Shown: in pieces, positions 39,301-48,109 of the stretch | How positions within the stretch are numbered: position 1 is the first letter of the stretch | Layout: each line of letters starts with the position of its first letter | Source of the DNA: a virus | Length of the DNA stretch: 64,000 nt | Virus record (IMG/VR): IMGVR_UViG_3300032331_001766 | Coordinates: 32,001 to 96,000 of that record | Strand: one strand, 5' to 3' | The notes under the pieces: generated by a model | What the model was told of the DNA's origin: nothing | Databases searched by the model: none | What the model saw: only the letters and a program-made list of their open reading frames with translations | Translations under genes and position numbers: made by a program

Positions 39301-39677
39301 CTATTCCTTTGGCAGATGGAGGATTTTCAAACTTCTATGTATACGGAAACACATTAGGTCAATCGGGGCAGCTAGAATATTCAACAGATGAGTCTGCAGA
39401 ATATGCAAACAAAGAGCCTGTCGTATTTGAATCTAAATGGATTCAGTCTTTGTCGGATGCAAAAGCTTTGGCCACATGGATTAAGCAAAAAGTTATAAAC
39501 AGAGGTAAGATTGTAGAGCTTTCAATATTTGGAAATCCAATTATTGGGGTTGGTGATATAGTTACAATTAATTATCCTTATAATGGATTTGCGGGCACCG
39601 AAAAACTTATTGTTACAAACGTTAATCAGTCATACTTTGAAGGATTGGAGACTACCATTAGCTGCAGAACCCTGTAG
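36330..39677 (+). CDS. Tail tip/hub protein
   Basis: Large protein after Dit; C-terminal GNPIIGVGDIVTI motif of tail hub proteins. Start reassigned to ATG 36330 (TAATG overlap). Confidence 0.7.
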   Translation: MITASDDLKNVLKQNVSVKTSTQTTIEYNMNSLIDGITVTSTNTDTEYTNKIENWPSGKPNPFKKLFPMDSVIKPFRPLNPGIRYFIFNTNDPYKAIIDPRKISYPTASPRTYYPGISTFYKYWVSPEGSNANLTVTYKQTSSTGGNKAALANKIIIRFEKYHQLPSGYTVTITPVTGSPITTSTYTADSNGQAAIYYNGTTWTNIAPSEPVSYASPQEIKSITLNATNPSGTNIIGVIELSARWIKDISSDIIDFSVNKESSDSADGILPVGIVTANTLSINLVKYDQTALKYVNYNRESTSFDSTLTYLAKNAEIKTYINVHHAAGSITNGSDKYDKLIQGTFYIDSSEIGEYGDVSLTALDSAKYLMETYAPEIICEDYPVTAIFRRLLDSVGFSNYGFNIKDNETSVPTIQYWWSDGTLTVWEAIQELCRDIQMNAFVDENNILQFYSRDYIYDASTRTTNWGFNYATDGTTLANIVQFSQKEVSSANSVKVLWQSPLTSNYNGTSGPLWESAEAFLSAGALRKTITANSNAASTELSIDTVVLDNYSLQYSLYNFQGYVLIDSEIIEFDAIEYQYTDLSNAPQVAWLTSQSDVSKYRALSKPGYADPKLPETAYFKPSGRYRVKTRGALGTTPAFHAATANTRLSEWSQYTNNGSGKVGSITSIPLDPSTANKYKSYLTISNTNTAAKSYSLAYRPFSAVTIPSSTNVTVTGESGTVTVKSYTESYFSFGTTLFIQSDITDTKGKYPKQGGGLGFFVNSSGSDGYFILLETLSSAASTGQKTIRIARMKAGVLTTLTDSQKTDQKTLSAVFGNQSHIIDVKVKLLGKFIYIDAYINGFKISAVDQATAANAGLIAPTTNAGLICHLPSTTGIYDYIYGIDISKAKYISGTSNIYQGQFSNDLVETAFGDIIYNANTSEDGIPVTKTSIDEFGTVVREIAKVTTKFDSRPAYPLKWTTGMNKFAKILGSKVSNFGGEAYVLNNSSSTIPLADGGFSNFYVYGNTLGQSGQLEYSTDESAEYANKEPVVFESKWIQSLSDAKALATWIKQKVINRGKIVELSIFGNPIIGVGDIVTINYPYNGFAGTEKLIVTNVNQSYFEGLETTISCRTL

Positions 39678-39701
39678 TATTCCAAATGGTATAATGATAA
39701 A

Positions 39702-40085
39702 ATGAGAATTCCAATACAACAAATCGTAGACGCAGCACCAATTGTTATTGACGAGAACGATCCAGATTTAGTTTTTCTTAATCCAAAAAAAGTAATAACA
39801 ACTAAAAATGGAAAAGCGGTATACGATAAATATGTTGGATATGTACCAGGCGGAGACGGAGGAAATGGAGGAGGAGATGGCCCACCAGAACCACCAGAGC
39901 CACCAAAACCACCAGTTAAACCAGATATACCAAGTTTAAGTGATATAGAAAGTATTACTTACGAACAATATTATGATTCTTCAAATAAGGCTAGAATTAA
40001 AGCTATAATTAAAATAAGAAATTCTAGCTCAAAGGCACAAGAAGTAGAAGGGGTAGATGCTAGGATATATGACCCTAGCTCATGA
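39702..40085 (+). CDS. Hypothetical tail-region protein with Gly/Pro-rich linker
   Basis: GGDGGNGGGDGPPEPPEPPKPPVKP; leaderless -10 TGGTATAAT at 39687-39695. Confidence 0.65.
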   Translation: MRIPIQQIVDAAPIVIDENDPDLVFLNPKKVITTKNGKAVYDKYVGYVPGGDGGNGGGDGPPEPPEPPKPPVKPDIPSLSDIESITYEQYYDSSNKARIKAIIKIRNSSSKAQEVEGVDARIYDPSS

Positions 40086-40086
40086 T

Positions 40087-41010
40087 ATGATAAAAGGAAC
40101 TTATATTTTTAAAGAGAACGGCATAGAGGTTGCACGTTCATCTAATGTTATAACAAAATTTGGAAAAAGATTTCTTACAAATTTTATAGCTGGCAATGTT
40201 GACTTTAACAATAAAGATTTAGCCATAGGAATTGATTCAACTGCGGCTACGGTTAATGATACAAGACTAGGATTTGAGTTCTATAGATTACCTGTAGAAT
40301 TTGGATCAACGGATATTCAAACAACAGGCGGAACAACAACATATTCTGTTGTATATAAAACAACTATACCTGTAGATGTGTCTGGAACAATATCAGAGGT
40401 TGGCTTATATCCATCAACAAGACTTTCTACAAACAACTACGATAGTAAATTTTTAGCAGACTTTAATAGCTACTTAGACTGGTATGATCCATCTGGTAAT
40501 CATCCAGCAGTATCTACAACTGGTCCAAAAATTGGAGACAATGTTATTACAATGACTTCAAATGGAACATCTACAAAAGAATACACATTACCTTTATCTG
40601 GATTAGATATATCAGGATATAGCGTAAACGATTCTATTAAGCTAGCTTATTACAAAAACGATGCAAATCTTGAAAAGATAGTTATTAAATTTTATAGCTC
40701 AGACACAGACTACTACTATTATAATTTAGCTGCAGCTTCTGGAACTGGGTATAAGATAAGCAGCGACATTTTGCTAAGCTCATTAGTGGCATTTGGTTCA
40801 CCAAATAAATCTGCAATAAATAAAATTGGAATAGTAATTGATCCACTATCATCCGCAACAACTGTTGGTCTTGACGGACTAAGGATAAATGATGAAGATA
40901 CCTTTGACCCAATCTTTGGAATCATTAGTAGATCTGTTTTAGGATCAGCATTAACAAAATTAGCTGGAAGACAAGTAGACATAGAGTATCGGTTAGACTT
41001 GGGATTCTAA
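40087..41010 (+). CDS. Minor tail/baseplate protein
   Basis: N.IT..G..F...AIG...A...DT.L..E..R and ISEVGLY motifs resemble tail-fibre/baseplate anchoring domains; start reassigned from 40057. Confidence 0.6.
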   Translation: MIKGTYIFKENGIEVARSSNVITKFGKRFLTNFIAGNVDFNNKDLAIGIDSTAATVNDTRLGFEFYRLPVEFGSTDIQTTGGTTTYSVVYKTTIPVDVSGTISEVGLYPSTRLSTNNYDSKFLADFNSYLDWYDPSGNHPAVSTTGPKIGDNVITMTSNGTSTKEYTLPLSGLDISGYSVNDSIKLAYYKNDANLEKIVIKFYSSDTDYYYYNLAAASGTGYKISSDILLSSLVAFGSPNKSAINKIGIVIDPLSSATTVGLDGLRINDEDTFDPIFGIISRSVLGSALTKLAGRQVDIEYRLDLGF

Positions 41011-41011
41011 A

Positions 41012-43321
41012 ATGGCATATGAGGATTTACTTAAAGATACGAGTGCGGTAGCACCAGATGATAATAACAAGTTTATTATCACTATACTCGACCTTAATTT
41101 AAGTACTACATATCCAATTCAGTTTAGATGGAAATATAAAGACGGAACATTTGGTAAATGGTCTACATCTAAACTATTAACAACTCCTGGAGAATCGTTT
41201 CCAGATACACCAGGATTTTCCCAGACAGACGTAGTTGGCGGTCCAGAGTATATCAAAGTAACTTGGGGCGGATTAAATGCTTCTGGAAATGCATTTACAA
41301 ATTATGACAGAATAGATGTTTATATATCTGGTTCGCCATTTGATGGGTCTAAACCAGCAGCATCTTTTAAAACTCCTGGCACACAAATATTAAAAGCGCC
41401 TCAAGGCGAGTATCTTGTTGCATTATATGCGGTATCAGTTGCTGGTACTCGCTCAGCAGTAAGCGCAGATTTCTCAGTTATAGTAACTGCACAAGGCGAA
41501 ACAATTGAGACACCAACAAACCCAAATGGTTTTTCAATAGATAGAGTCCTGGGAGGAATATTAGTTAATTGGGCTGGTACATATGCCAATGGAACATTCA
41601 CAGGATTTGAGGCTATAAAAATATATGTCGGTACAAGTGCAACTGCAACACCTGGCACATATAAAGAGGCTGGTGTTTTAACAGGAAACAATGTAAAAAA
41701 TACAATAACTATTCCAGTTGATGGAACCTATGTTAGATATAATCTACCAGTATACGTTCATGCAGCAGCAGTAAATAAAAATGCAGTTGTTGGCACACTA
41801 CAACAAAATGTCGCAAGCGATTTACTTGGCGCAAGATCTGCAATATCTTCTGATTTGGCAGATGAGATTATTACAAATGCTAAATTAGTTGCAGACTCAG
41901 TAACTGCAACAAAAATTGCATTAGGTGCAATTACAGAAGTTAAAATTGATACTGGCGCTATAACAGCAGCAAAAATTGCTGCGGGTGCAGTTACAGAAAC
42001 TAAAATTGCAGATAATGCTATTAGCTCTCCTAAAATTGTAGCGGGAGCAATTGATGCTGGTAAAATTGCAGCAGGAGCAATTACGGCAGAAAAAATAGAT
42101 GCTTTAGCAATTAGCGCAGATAAAATTCAGGCAAATGCAATTACCTCAGATAAAATTGTTGCTAATGCTATTACTGCTGGTAAAATTAATGCATTAGCAA
42201 TTACTTCAGAAAAAATTGCAGCAGATGCTATTACTGCAACTAAAATTAAAGCAGGAGAAATTGATGTTTTAAAACTAGCAGCTGGAACAATATCTGTCAA
42301 TAATTTAGAGTCTGGAACAATAACAAGTACTTCCTATATACGAGCAGGTAGCAAAAATATTTCCACGGGACTTGGCGCAAGAGTAGAAATTTCTTCAGCA
42401 GCAATTGAAGACGGAACAGTAGATATTGCAGCAGGACTTTATGTTTATAATTCATCTGGAGTTGCAGTATTAAGTGCTCCGCTGTCTGGTGGATTAACAA
42501 TTCAAGGCGGAGGAACATTTACTGGAGACTTGTCAGTAGGTTCTGGATCATCTAAATTTGGATCAGACTCAAATGGTATCTGGCTTGGCTCAGATACATA
42601 TTCAACTAACTCAACATTTCGTGTAAGCAGAAGCGGATATATGACAGCAAACTCTGGAACTGTTGGAGGCTGGAGTTTAACTGATAGCTATATGCAAAAC
42701 GGCGCTGGTACATTTAAAATTAGTAGCGCAGACTCTGCAGTTTATGTAGGTAACAGTGCAAGTACACATATTAGAATTAGTGCATCTGGTGGAATTGCAA
42801 CATATAATGGCGGATCTCAAGTTTCAGGATTTAATTTAAGTACTGATGGGACATTAACATTAAAAGGAAGTATTACTGCAACTACTGGATATATTGGAAA
42901 CCCAGCATCTGGAAACTCTTGGACAATTGGTTCTGATGGAATAACATCTAATGGATCTGCAAAAATTCAAGTTGGTGATTATACAATTACTAGCGTTAGC
43001 AATACAGACTTTACTATATCACAAGCAAGTAATGGTTATAATTTATTAAAGACTGAATCAGTTTCTGGGGCTACAGATTCCCCATTAAGAATATTTCTTG
43101 GAAATAGCATAAGACAGGTTGAGGTAGCAAAACCAGCTCAAATATCTGGAAACGGAACTTCTAATTATGATGGATATAATGCAACAACTACAAATGCTTA
43201 TAGATCTGGTGGACTTAGAAATATGTATACTGTTTCAAAGAGTAACTTAATTTCATCAATATATCCTTCCGCCTCAAATGGAGACGTTCTTTTAGTTTAT
43301 GATTCAACAGTAGGTATTTAA
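41012..43321 (+). CDS. Tail fibre protein (FN3-like N-terminus, decad-repeat shaft)
   Basis: FN3-like N-terminus, 14 x 10-aa ITxxKIxAxA repeats, Gly/Ser-rich beta C-terminus. Confidence 0.75.
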   Translation: MAYEDLLKDTSAVAPDDNNKFIITILDLNLSTTYPIQFRWKYKDGTFGKWSTSKLLTTPGESFPDTPGFSQTDVVGGPEYIKVTWGGLNASGNAFTNYDRIDVYISGSPFDGSKPAASFKTPGTQILKAPQGEYLVALYAVSVAGTRSAVSADFSVIVTAQGETIETPTNPNGFSIDRVLGGILVNWAGTYANGTFTGFEAIKIYVGTSATATPGTYKEAGVLTGNNVKNTITIPVDGTYVRYNLPVYVHAAAVNKNAVVGTLQQNVASDLLGARSAISSDLADEIITNAKLVADSVTATKIALGAITEVKIDTGAITAAKIAAGAVTETKIADNAISSPKIVAGAIDAGKIAAGAITAEKIDALAISADKIQANAITSDKIVANAITAGKINALAITSEKIAADAITATKIKAGEIDVLKLAAGTISVNNLESGTITSTSYIRAGSKNISTGLGARVEISSAAIEDGTVDIAAGLYVYNSSGVAVLSAPLSGGLTIQGGGTFTGDLSVGSGSSKFGSDSNGIWLGSDTYSTNSTFRVSRSGYMTANSGTVGGWSLTDSYMQNGAGTFKISSADSAVYVGNSASTHIRISASGGIATYNGGSQVSGFNLSTDGTLTLKGSITATTGYIGNPASGNSWTIGSDGITSNGSAKIQVGDYTITSVSNTDFTISQASNGYNLLKTESVSGATDSPLRIFLGNSIRQVEVAKPAQISGNGTSNYDGYNATTTNAYRSGGLRNMYTVSKSNLISSIYPSASNGDVLLVYDSTVGI
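41870..42289 (+). repeat. 14 tandem 10-aa repeats (ITAxKIxAxA)
   Basis: Counted from ITNAKLVADS to IDVLKLAAGT. Confidence 0.88.
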
Positions 43322-46300
43322 ATGGGAATGTTTTTAAAAGATTCTTCAGGAACATTTAGAAGTATTCCAAAAATATTTTTAAAAAACTCTGATGGCACAT
43401 GGAGAGGTGTAGTTTCTGCCTACTTAAAAGATTCACTAGGAACATGGAGACTATTTTTTGGTGCAGAATACTTAAACCCTTCTGTGCTATTTGAGCCAGC
43501 TTTAGTATCAAATGACTCCATTGGTAGATTTAAGCAAGGCTCGACTTTAAGTTTAGATAGAGGTATATGGGACGGAAGCCCAACATCATATTCTTTAACA
43601 ATTCAAGGTACTTTAGATAGTGGCGCTACCTGGACTGATTTTGCAACAGGATCTGGAACAAGTGTAACTTATCTTTTAAATATAAGTGATGTGATGTATC
43701 CTTCATATTCATTTAGAGGTAAAGTAGTTGCAACAAATACTTATGGGTCTACAACTTTTTATACATTAATAACACCATCAATATTAAGTTTGCAAATAAA
43801 TGGAATCGTATCTTTACCAACTCAAAATGGAGCAACATTCTCTTGGACAGTAAATCCTTCAACTTCAGGATATAGAGCTTCCCAAAGAATAGAATTTTAT
43901 TCAGTTTCAAATCCGTCGGTAACTCCAGTATATACATATAATGTTCCTACTAATTCAGCAAACTCTGCAGTAGTAAGCAATGCAGCTCTTACTACATCAA
44001 CACAATATAATGCTGTCATAAAAATTGTTTCTTTAGATAGCTCTAATACAGTTAACTTTAGCAGCGATATATTATTTACTACAGCATCTTCTTTGGTAAA
44101 TACAGTTGCTCCATCAATTACTGGAACAAAACAAGAGGGACAAACAGTCACAGCTAATCCAGGAACCTGGTCTGGAAATGGAACAATTACTTATGCATAT
44201 CAATGGCAGTATGCAGTGCAAACTGCTGGATCTAATTATTCTTATTATGATATACCAGGAGCTACTGGAAGCACTTACTTTATACCTTATAACTATAATG
44301 AAACATATGTTGATAAGGGAATAAGGCTAAAGGTTACAGCAACTACAGTAGATACTCCAGGAGGAGTAATTGCTTATTCTCAAAGCTATGCAGTTGCAGA
44401 TTTTGCAGTTCCAGTTGGAACAGATGATACAGTTACATTTTCACGAGATTCTTCCAGTAATTATAATTTTTCAATAACAAATACAGGAACTTGGACTGGT
44501 ACTCCAACATCTTATAGATACCAATGGTATACATACGAGTCAACATTTGGAGGAAACTATTCCTGGTTTCCAGTATCTGGAGCAACATCTAGTACATTTA
44601 ATGCTTCAGGAGTAAAGTTATTTGAAATTATGCCAATTGTTTGGGCTTCAAATCCTGGAGGAGAAAGCGATACTGGATACAGTTTAACTAATACAAATGG
44701 AACTAGACCTGCTGGTAACATAGGATCTATATCTGCAGCTGCAACACAGGTAGTAAAATATACCGCTCCAATCATTGGTTCTTTTTCTGTTACTGGTGGA
44801 GCTGGATCTATAACATATAGTTATTCCGTAACTGGAGATGATCCAACCAAAACATTAGCAATATCTTATTCTGGTGCAGCTACAGGTAGTTTTACTCCAG
44901 CAGCAAGCGGATCTACGCAGACTGGTCTGGCCGCAGGAACATATAACTTTGTTTTAACTGCAACAAACTCCGTAAGTGGAAATAGTTATTTTGTAACATC
45001 AACAGTTGCAAATATTATTGTAACAGCACCACTAACAGCTCCAGTAAATACTTTAGCCCCAGCAGTAACTCCAGTAACTGGAACAGCTGGAGTAACAACA
45101 TACACTTCAACAACTGGAACATGGACTGGAAACCCAACACCAACTTATGCTTATCAATGGCAAACCAACGATCAAGGTTCTTTGTGGGTTTCTATATCTG
45201 GAGCAACTTCATCTACATATTCTCCAGCTAGTAATTATACTTCTGTATATAATAATACATTAAGGTGCAGAGTTACTGCAACAAATAGCCAAGCTAGCGT
45301 TGCTGCATTTTCTAATGAAGTTGTAGTTAATACACCTCAATATACAGTTACATATGATTATCAATCAGCCACAGGAGGAAATACAACAGCTTCTGCTACT
45401 GTAAATGCTGGTTCATCAACATCTCTTCCAACCCCAACTAGAACAAATTACACATTTGGTGGATGGTATACAGCAATTACTGGTGGTACATTTATTGGAA
45501 ACGGGGGATTTGCTTATACTCCAACAGCAAGCATTACTTTATATGCAAGATGGACAGCCATAAACTGGACAGTGAGTTGGGATGCAAATGGTGGAACCGT
45601 TAGCCCAACATCAAACACTGGAATACAGGGTTCAACAGTAACTGCGCCAACACCTACCCGTACAAACTTTACATTTTTATACTGGAGAGATTCTTTATCT
45701 GCAGTAAGCTATCTGTATCAGCTAAGCGCAGGCGGAACATGGACACAATCACAAACTATAACATTCTATGCTTGGTGGCAACAAATTACATATGTTGTTA
45801 CCTATAATGCTAACAGTGGAACCGTTAGCCCAGCATCTGCAACAGTAAATGCTGGATCTGCAACAACGCTTCCTACTCCAACAAGATCTGGGTTTACATT
45901 TAATGGATGGTATACAGCAGCATCTGGGGGAACCTTAGTAGGAGCAGCAGGAGGATCCTATACACCAACTGCAGCAATTACACTATATGCACAATGGACT
46001 GCAGTAGTAGTTAACTACACTATGACTTGGAGAGCAAATGGTGGTTCTAGCGGAGATCAAACAACAGGGCCGTTTGCATCAGGCAGTGCACATACTGCAC
46101 CAAGCCCAGGAACAAGGGCTGGATACACATTTGCTGGTTACTACGACACAGCTTCTTTAGATTTTACAGTTGGGCCAATTGCATCTGGTGGAACTTATAC
46201 TCCAACAGCTAATACCACACTACAGGCAAGATGGACTGCAATAGTTCCGAGCATTACTCAAATTGTTGTTTCTGGAAACGTAACTGCGGGAGTTACATGT

Positions 46301-46603
46301 GCAGTTACTGGGACAAATATGGGCTCTATACAGTATACATTTTATGCCAGAGATACAGGCACAAGCGCTTGGACTCAAATTTCTGCTGGTACTGCAGCTC
46401 CATCTAGCGCAACATCTGCAAGCATTTCTACAACTGGTTCTGTAGGAACTTTGCCAGATCAATACTATGTTGATATGCAGCCATTTTTTGGAGCAAGATC
46501 TACATCTGGAGCTAATGGGGGAACTGGAACTGCTGGTACGCTAAGATCTACATCTGGAAGTCCAAAAAATAATCAATCAGGATCGGTAACGGTAAACTTC
46601 TAA
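43322..46603 (+). CDS. Adhesin-like tail protein with Ig-like and Listeria-Bacteroides (InlB B-repeat/Flg_new) repeats
   Basis: APSITG...GTW.G.....YAYQWQ Ig-like units; four YxVTYxANxG...PTRxxYTFxGWY...TLYAxW repeats (about 45341-46240). Confidence 0.8.
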   Translation: MGMFLKDSSGTFRSIPKIFLKNSDGTWRGVVSAYLKDSLGTWRLFFGAEYLNPSVLFEPALVSNDSIGRFKQGSTLSLDRGIWDGSPTSYSLTIQGTLDSGATWTDFATGSGTSVTYLLNISDVMYPSYSFRGKVVATNTYGSTTFYTLITPSILSLQINGIVSLPTQNGATFSWTVNPSTSGYRASQRIEFYSVSNPSVTPVYTYNVPTNSANSAVVSNAALTTSTQYNAVIKIVSLDSSNTVNFSSDILFTTASSLVNTVAPSITGTKQEGQTVTANPGTWSGNGTITYAYQWQYAVQTAGSNYSYYDIPGATGSTYFIPYNYNETYVDKGIRLKVTATTVDTPGGVIAYSQSYAVADFAVPVGTDDTVTFSRDSSSNYNFSITNTGTWTGTPTSYRYQWYTYESTFGGNYSWFPVSGATSSTFNASGVKLFEIMPIVWASNPGGESDTGYSLTNTNGTRPAGNIGSISAAATQVVKYTAPIIGSFSVTGGAGSITYSYSVTGDDPTKTLAISYSGAATGSFTPAASGSTQTGLAAGTYNFVLTATNSVSGNSYFVTSTVANIIVTAPLTAPVNTLAPAVTPVTGTAGVTTYTSTTGTWTGNPTPTYAYQWQTNDQGSLWVSISGATSSTYSPASNYTSVYNNTLRCRVTATNSQASVAAFSNEVVVNTPQYTVTYDYQSATGGNTTASATVNAGSSTSLPTPTRTNYTFGGWYTAITGGTFIGNGGFAYTPTASITLYARWTAINWTVSWDANGGTVSPTSNTGIQGSTVTAPTPTRTNFTFLYWRDSLSAVSYLYQLSAGGTWTQSQTITFYAWWQQITYVVTYNANSGTVSPASATVNAGSATTLPTPTRSGFTFNGWYTAASGGTLVGAAGGSYTPTAAITLYAQWTAVVVNYTMTWRANGGSSGDQTTGPFASGSAHTAPSPGTRAGYTFAGYYDTASLDFTVGPIASGGTYTPTANTTLQARWTAIVPSITQIVVSGNVTAGVTCAVTGTNMGSIQYTFYARDTGTSAWTQISAGTAAPSSATSASISTTGSVGTLPDQYYVDMQPFFGARSTSGANGGTGTAGTLRSTSGSPKNNQSGSVTVNF

Positions 46604-46794
46604 TGATAAATAATGATGTTAAAATAGATTTTATTAAACAACACCAGGGAGAGAACCTTGTCCAAATTTCTTTAATACAGGATCAAATAAAGTTTACTAC
46701 AGACCAAGTATTAATAGATGAATATAATAATAAAATTAGTGATCTTCTAGCTCAAAATACCGCTCTAGAATCATTAAAAGAAACACTCATTTGA
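46603..46794 (+). CDS. Small coiled-coil protein
   Basis: 63 aa; paralogous to 46844..47056. Confidence 0.6.
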   Translation: MINNDVKIDFIKQHQGENLVQISLIQDQIKFTTDQVLIDEYNNKISDLLAQNTALESLKETLI

Positions 46795-46797
46795 TGT

Positions 46798-46826
46798 TTG
46801 ACCAGATCAAATACGAATGCTATAAT
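46798..46826 (+). promoter_or_regulatory. Sigma70-type promoter
   Basis: TTGACC-17-TATAAT with extended TG; SD AAGGAGG downstream. Confidence 0.8.
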
Positions 46827-46843
46827 ATGAAAGGAGGCAAAAA

Positions 46844-47056
46844 ATGACATATGAATTAACAACACAGGAAAAGACTGATATACTTAATCAGCACCTTAGA
46901 AATCTAGAACTATCTATTTATAACCTAACGTTATCAATTCTAGAAGAAGAGGCAAAGTCTACTCCAGAAGCAGCAATTCTTTCATCATATAACTCTGATC
47001 TTTCAGATTTAAATGCAAAGAAGACAGCTTTACTTGACGAATTAGCGTCTCTTTAA
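46844..47056 (+). CDS. Small coiled-coil protein
   Basis: 70 aa, strong SD. Confidence 0.75.
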   Translation: MTYELTTQEKTDILNQHLRNLELSIYNLTLSILEEEAKSTPEAAILSSYNSDLSDLNAKKTALLDELASL

Positions 47057-47071
47057 AGAATAGGATATATT

Positions 47072-47251
47072 ATGGATAAAGCGGAATTAGTAATTACCGC
47101 CTTACAACAGCGTATTGGTGAATTGGTATCAAGTTATGAAACTCAGGTTGCAATATTACGTGCAGAGGTTACTCAACTTCTTGAAAGAGAAAAGGCTAAA
47201 GATGAAGCTGTTCAAGAGTACTCAGACTCACTTAATAACCTCACCAACTAA
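47072..47251 (+). CDS. Small coiled-coil protein (not in ORF track)
   Basis: MDKAELVITALQQRIGELVSSYETQVAILRAEVTQLL...; 59 aa; SD AGGA. Confidence 0.7.
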   Translation: MDKAELVITALQQRIGELVSSYETQVAILRAEVTQLLEREKAKDEAVQEYSDSLNNLTN

Positions 47252-47597
47252 TTTCCCATCAGGCCTTGCTGTTAAAACAGACAAGGGTACTTATTGGATT
47301 AAAGACGGAAAAAGATTTAAGTTGATCTCTGATAGAGCAACAAAGTCATGGTCTTTCCCAACCGTTAATGCAACCGAGTCCGCTATATCTTCAATGAAGA
47401 TCGCAGGCAAGCTTGGATTTAGGGACGGGACCTTGATAAAGAATATAGCAGATGGTAAACTATATTTGATATCACAGAATAAAAGAAGGCACATAATAGA
47501 CCCAGATACATTTGAAAAATATGGATTAGATAGATCTAATATAATAGAAGTAAGCGAGTCTGAAGCCAATATGCACGAACTAGGAGAAAATTTATAA
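47202..47597 (+). CDS. Hypothetical protein with two internal beta-hairpin repeats
   Basis: KGTYWIKDGKRFKL / GKLYLISQNKRRHI; start reassigned from 47115. Confidence 0.65.
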   Translation: MKLFKSTQTHLITSPTNFPSGLAVKTDKGTYWIKDGKRFKLISDRATKSWSFPTVNATESAISSMKIAGKLGFRDGTLIKNIADGKLYLISQNKRRHIIDPDTFEKYGLDRSNIIEVSESEANMHELGENL

Positions 47598-48025
47598 TGC
47601 CATTAGATCCATTTAAACCAATTACATTTAATGAGGGTGAACCTTTAGATCCCAACAAATTAAATGATATGCAAAAGAATACTAATGTGGCATATCAGGC
47701 ATCAAATGTTGTATATAATTCAACATTAAATGCTCAGTCAAATCCTATTGTTCCAGTAATTAAAAGCGGTAACTTACAGTTTGGCAAGATGGCTGCTAAA
47801 GAAATTAAAACTTTAACACTCCCAAGCGACCTCCTTGTAGCAGGACTACCGACCCCACAGGTCGTTGCTTCATTTAGAAGCAAAGGTGCAAAAGATCAAA
47901 TTGTAACAGTTAGTGTTCATGAAATTTCAACAAACCCATCAATCACAGTATATACAAGCACCGAAATAAGTAACTGCCTTGTTGACTGGATTGCAGTTAC
48001 ATACAAAGAAATAACTACTTCGTAG
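47597..48025 (+). CDS. Hypothetical (possible tail-fibre-related) protein
   Basis: FNEGEPLDPNKLN N-terminus, ..VDWIAV C-terminus. Confidence 0.6.
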   Translation: MPLDPFKPITFNEGEPLDPNKLNDMQKNTNVAYQASNVVYNSTLNAQSNPIVPVIKSGNLQFGKMAAKEIKTLTLPSDLLVAGLPTPQVVASFRSKGAKDQIVTVSVHEISTNPSITVYTSTEISNCLVDWIAVTYKEITTS

Positions 48026-48066
48026 TTGACAGCATAACTCAATATGTTACACTTAGGGTGTAACAT
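48026..48066 (+). promoter_or_regulatory. Promoter with overlapping palindromic operator-like site
   Basis: TTGACA-16-TACACT (extended TG); inverted repeat ATGTTACAC-N5-GTGTAACAT at 48044-48066. Confidence 0.65.
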
Positions 48067-48067
48067 C

Positions 48068-48092
48068 AAAGTCACGCACCCGTGACTTTTTT
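48068..48092 (+). terminator. Rho-independent terminator
   Basis: AAAGTCACG-CACC-CGTGACTTT followed by TTT. Confidence 0.75.
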
Positions 48093-48109
48093 CGTATAAA
48101 GGTATATAA

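Noticed and set aside
39850-39930. PPEPPEPPKPP tract as a second hydroxylase substrate
   Set aside because: Short generic Pro-rich linker far from the cluster; possible but unsupported.
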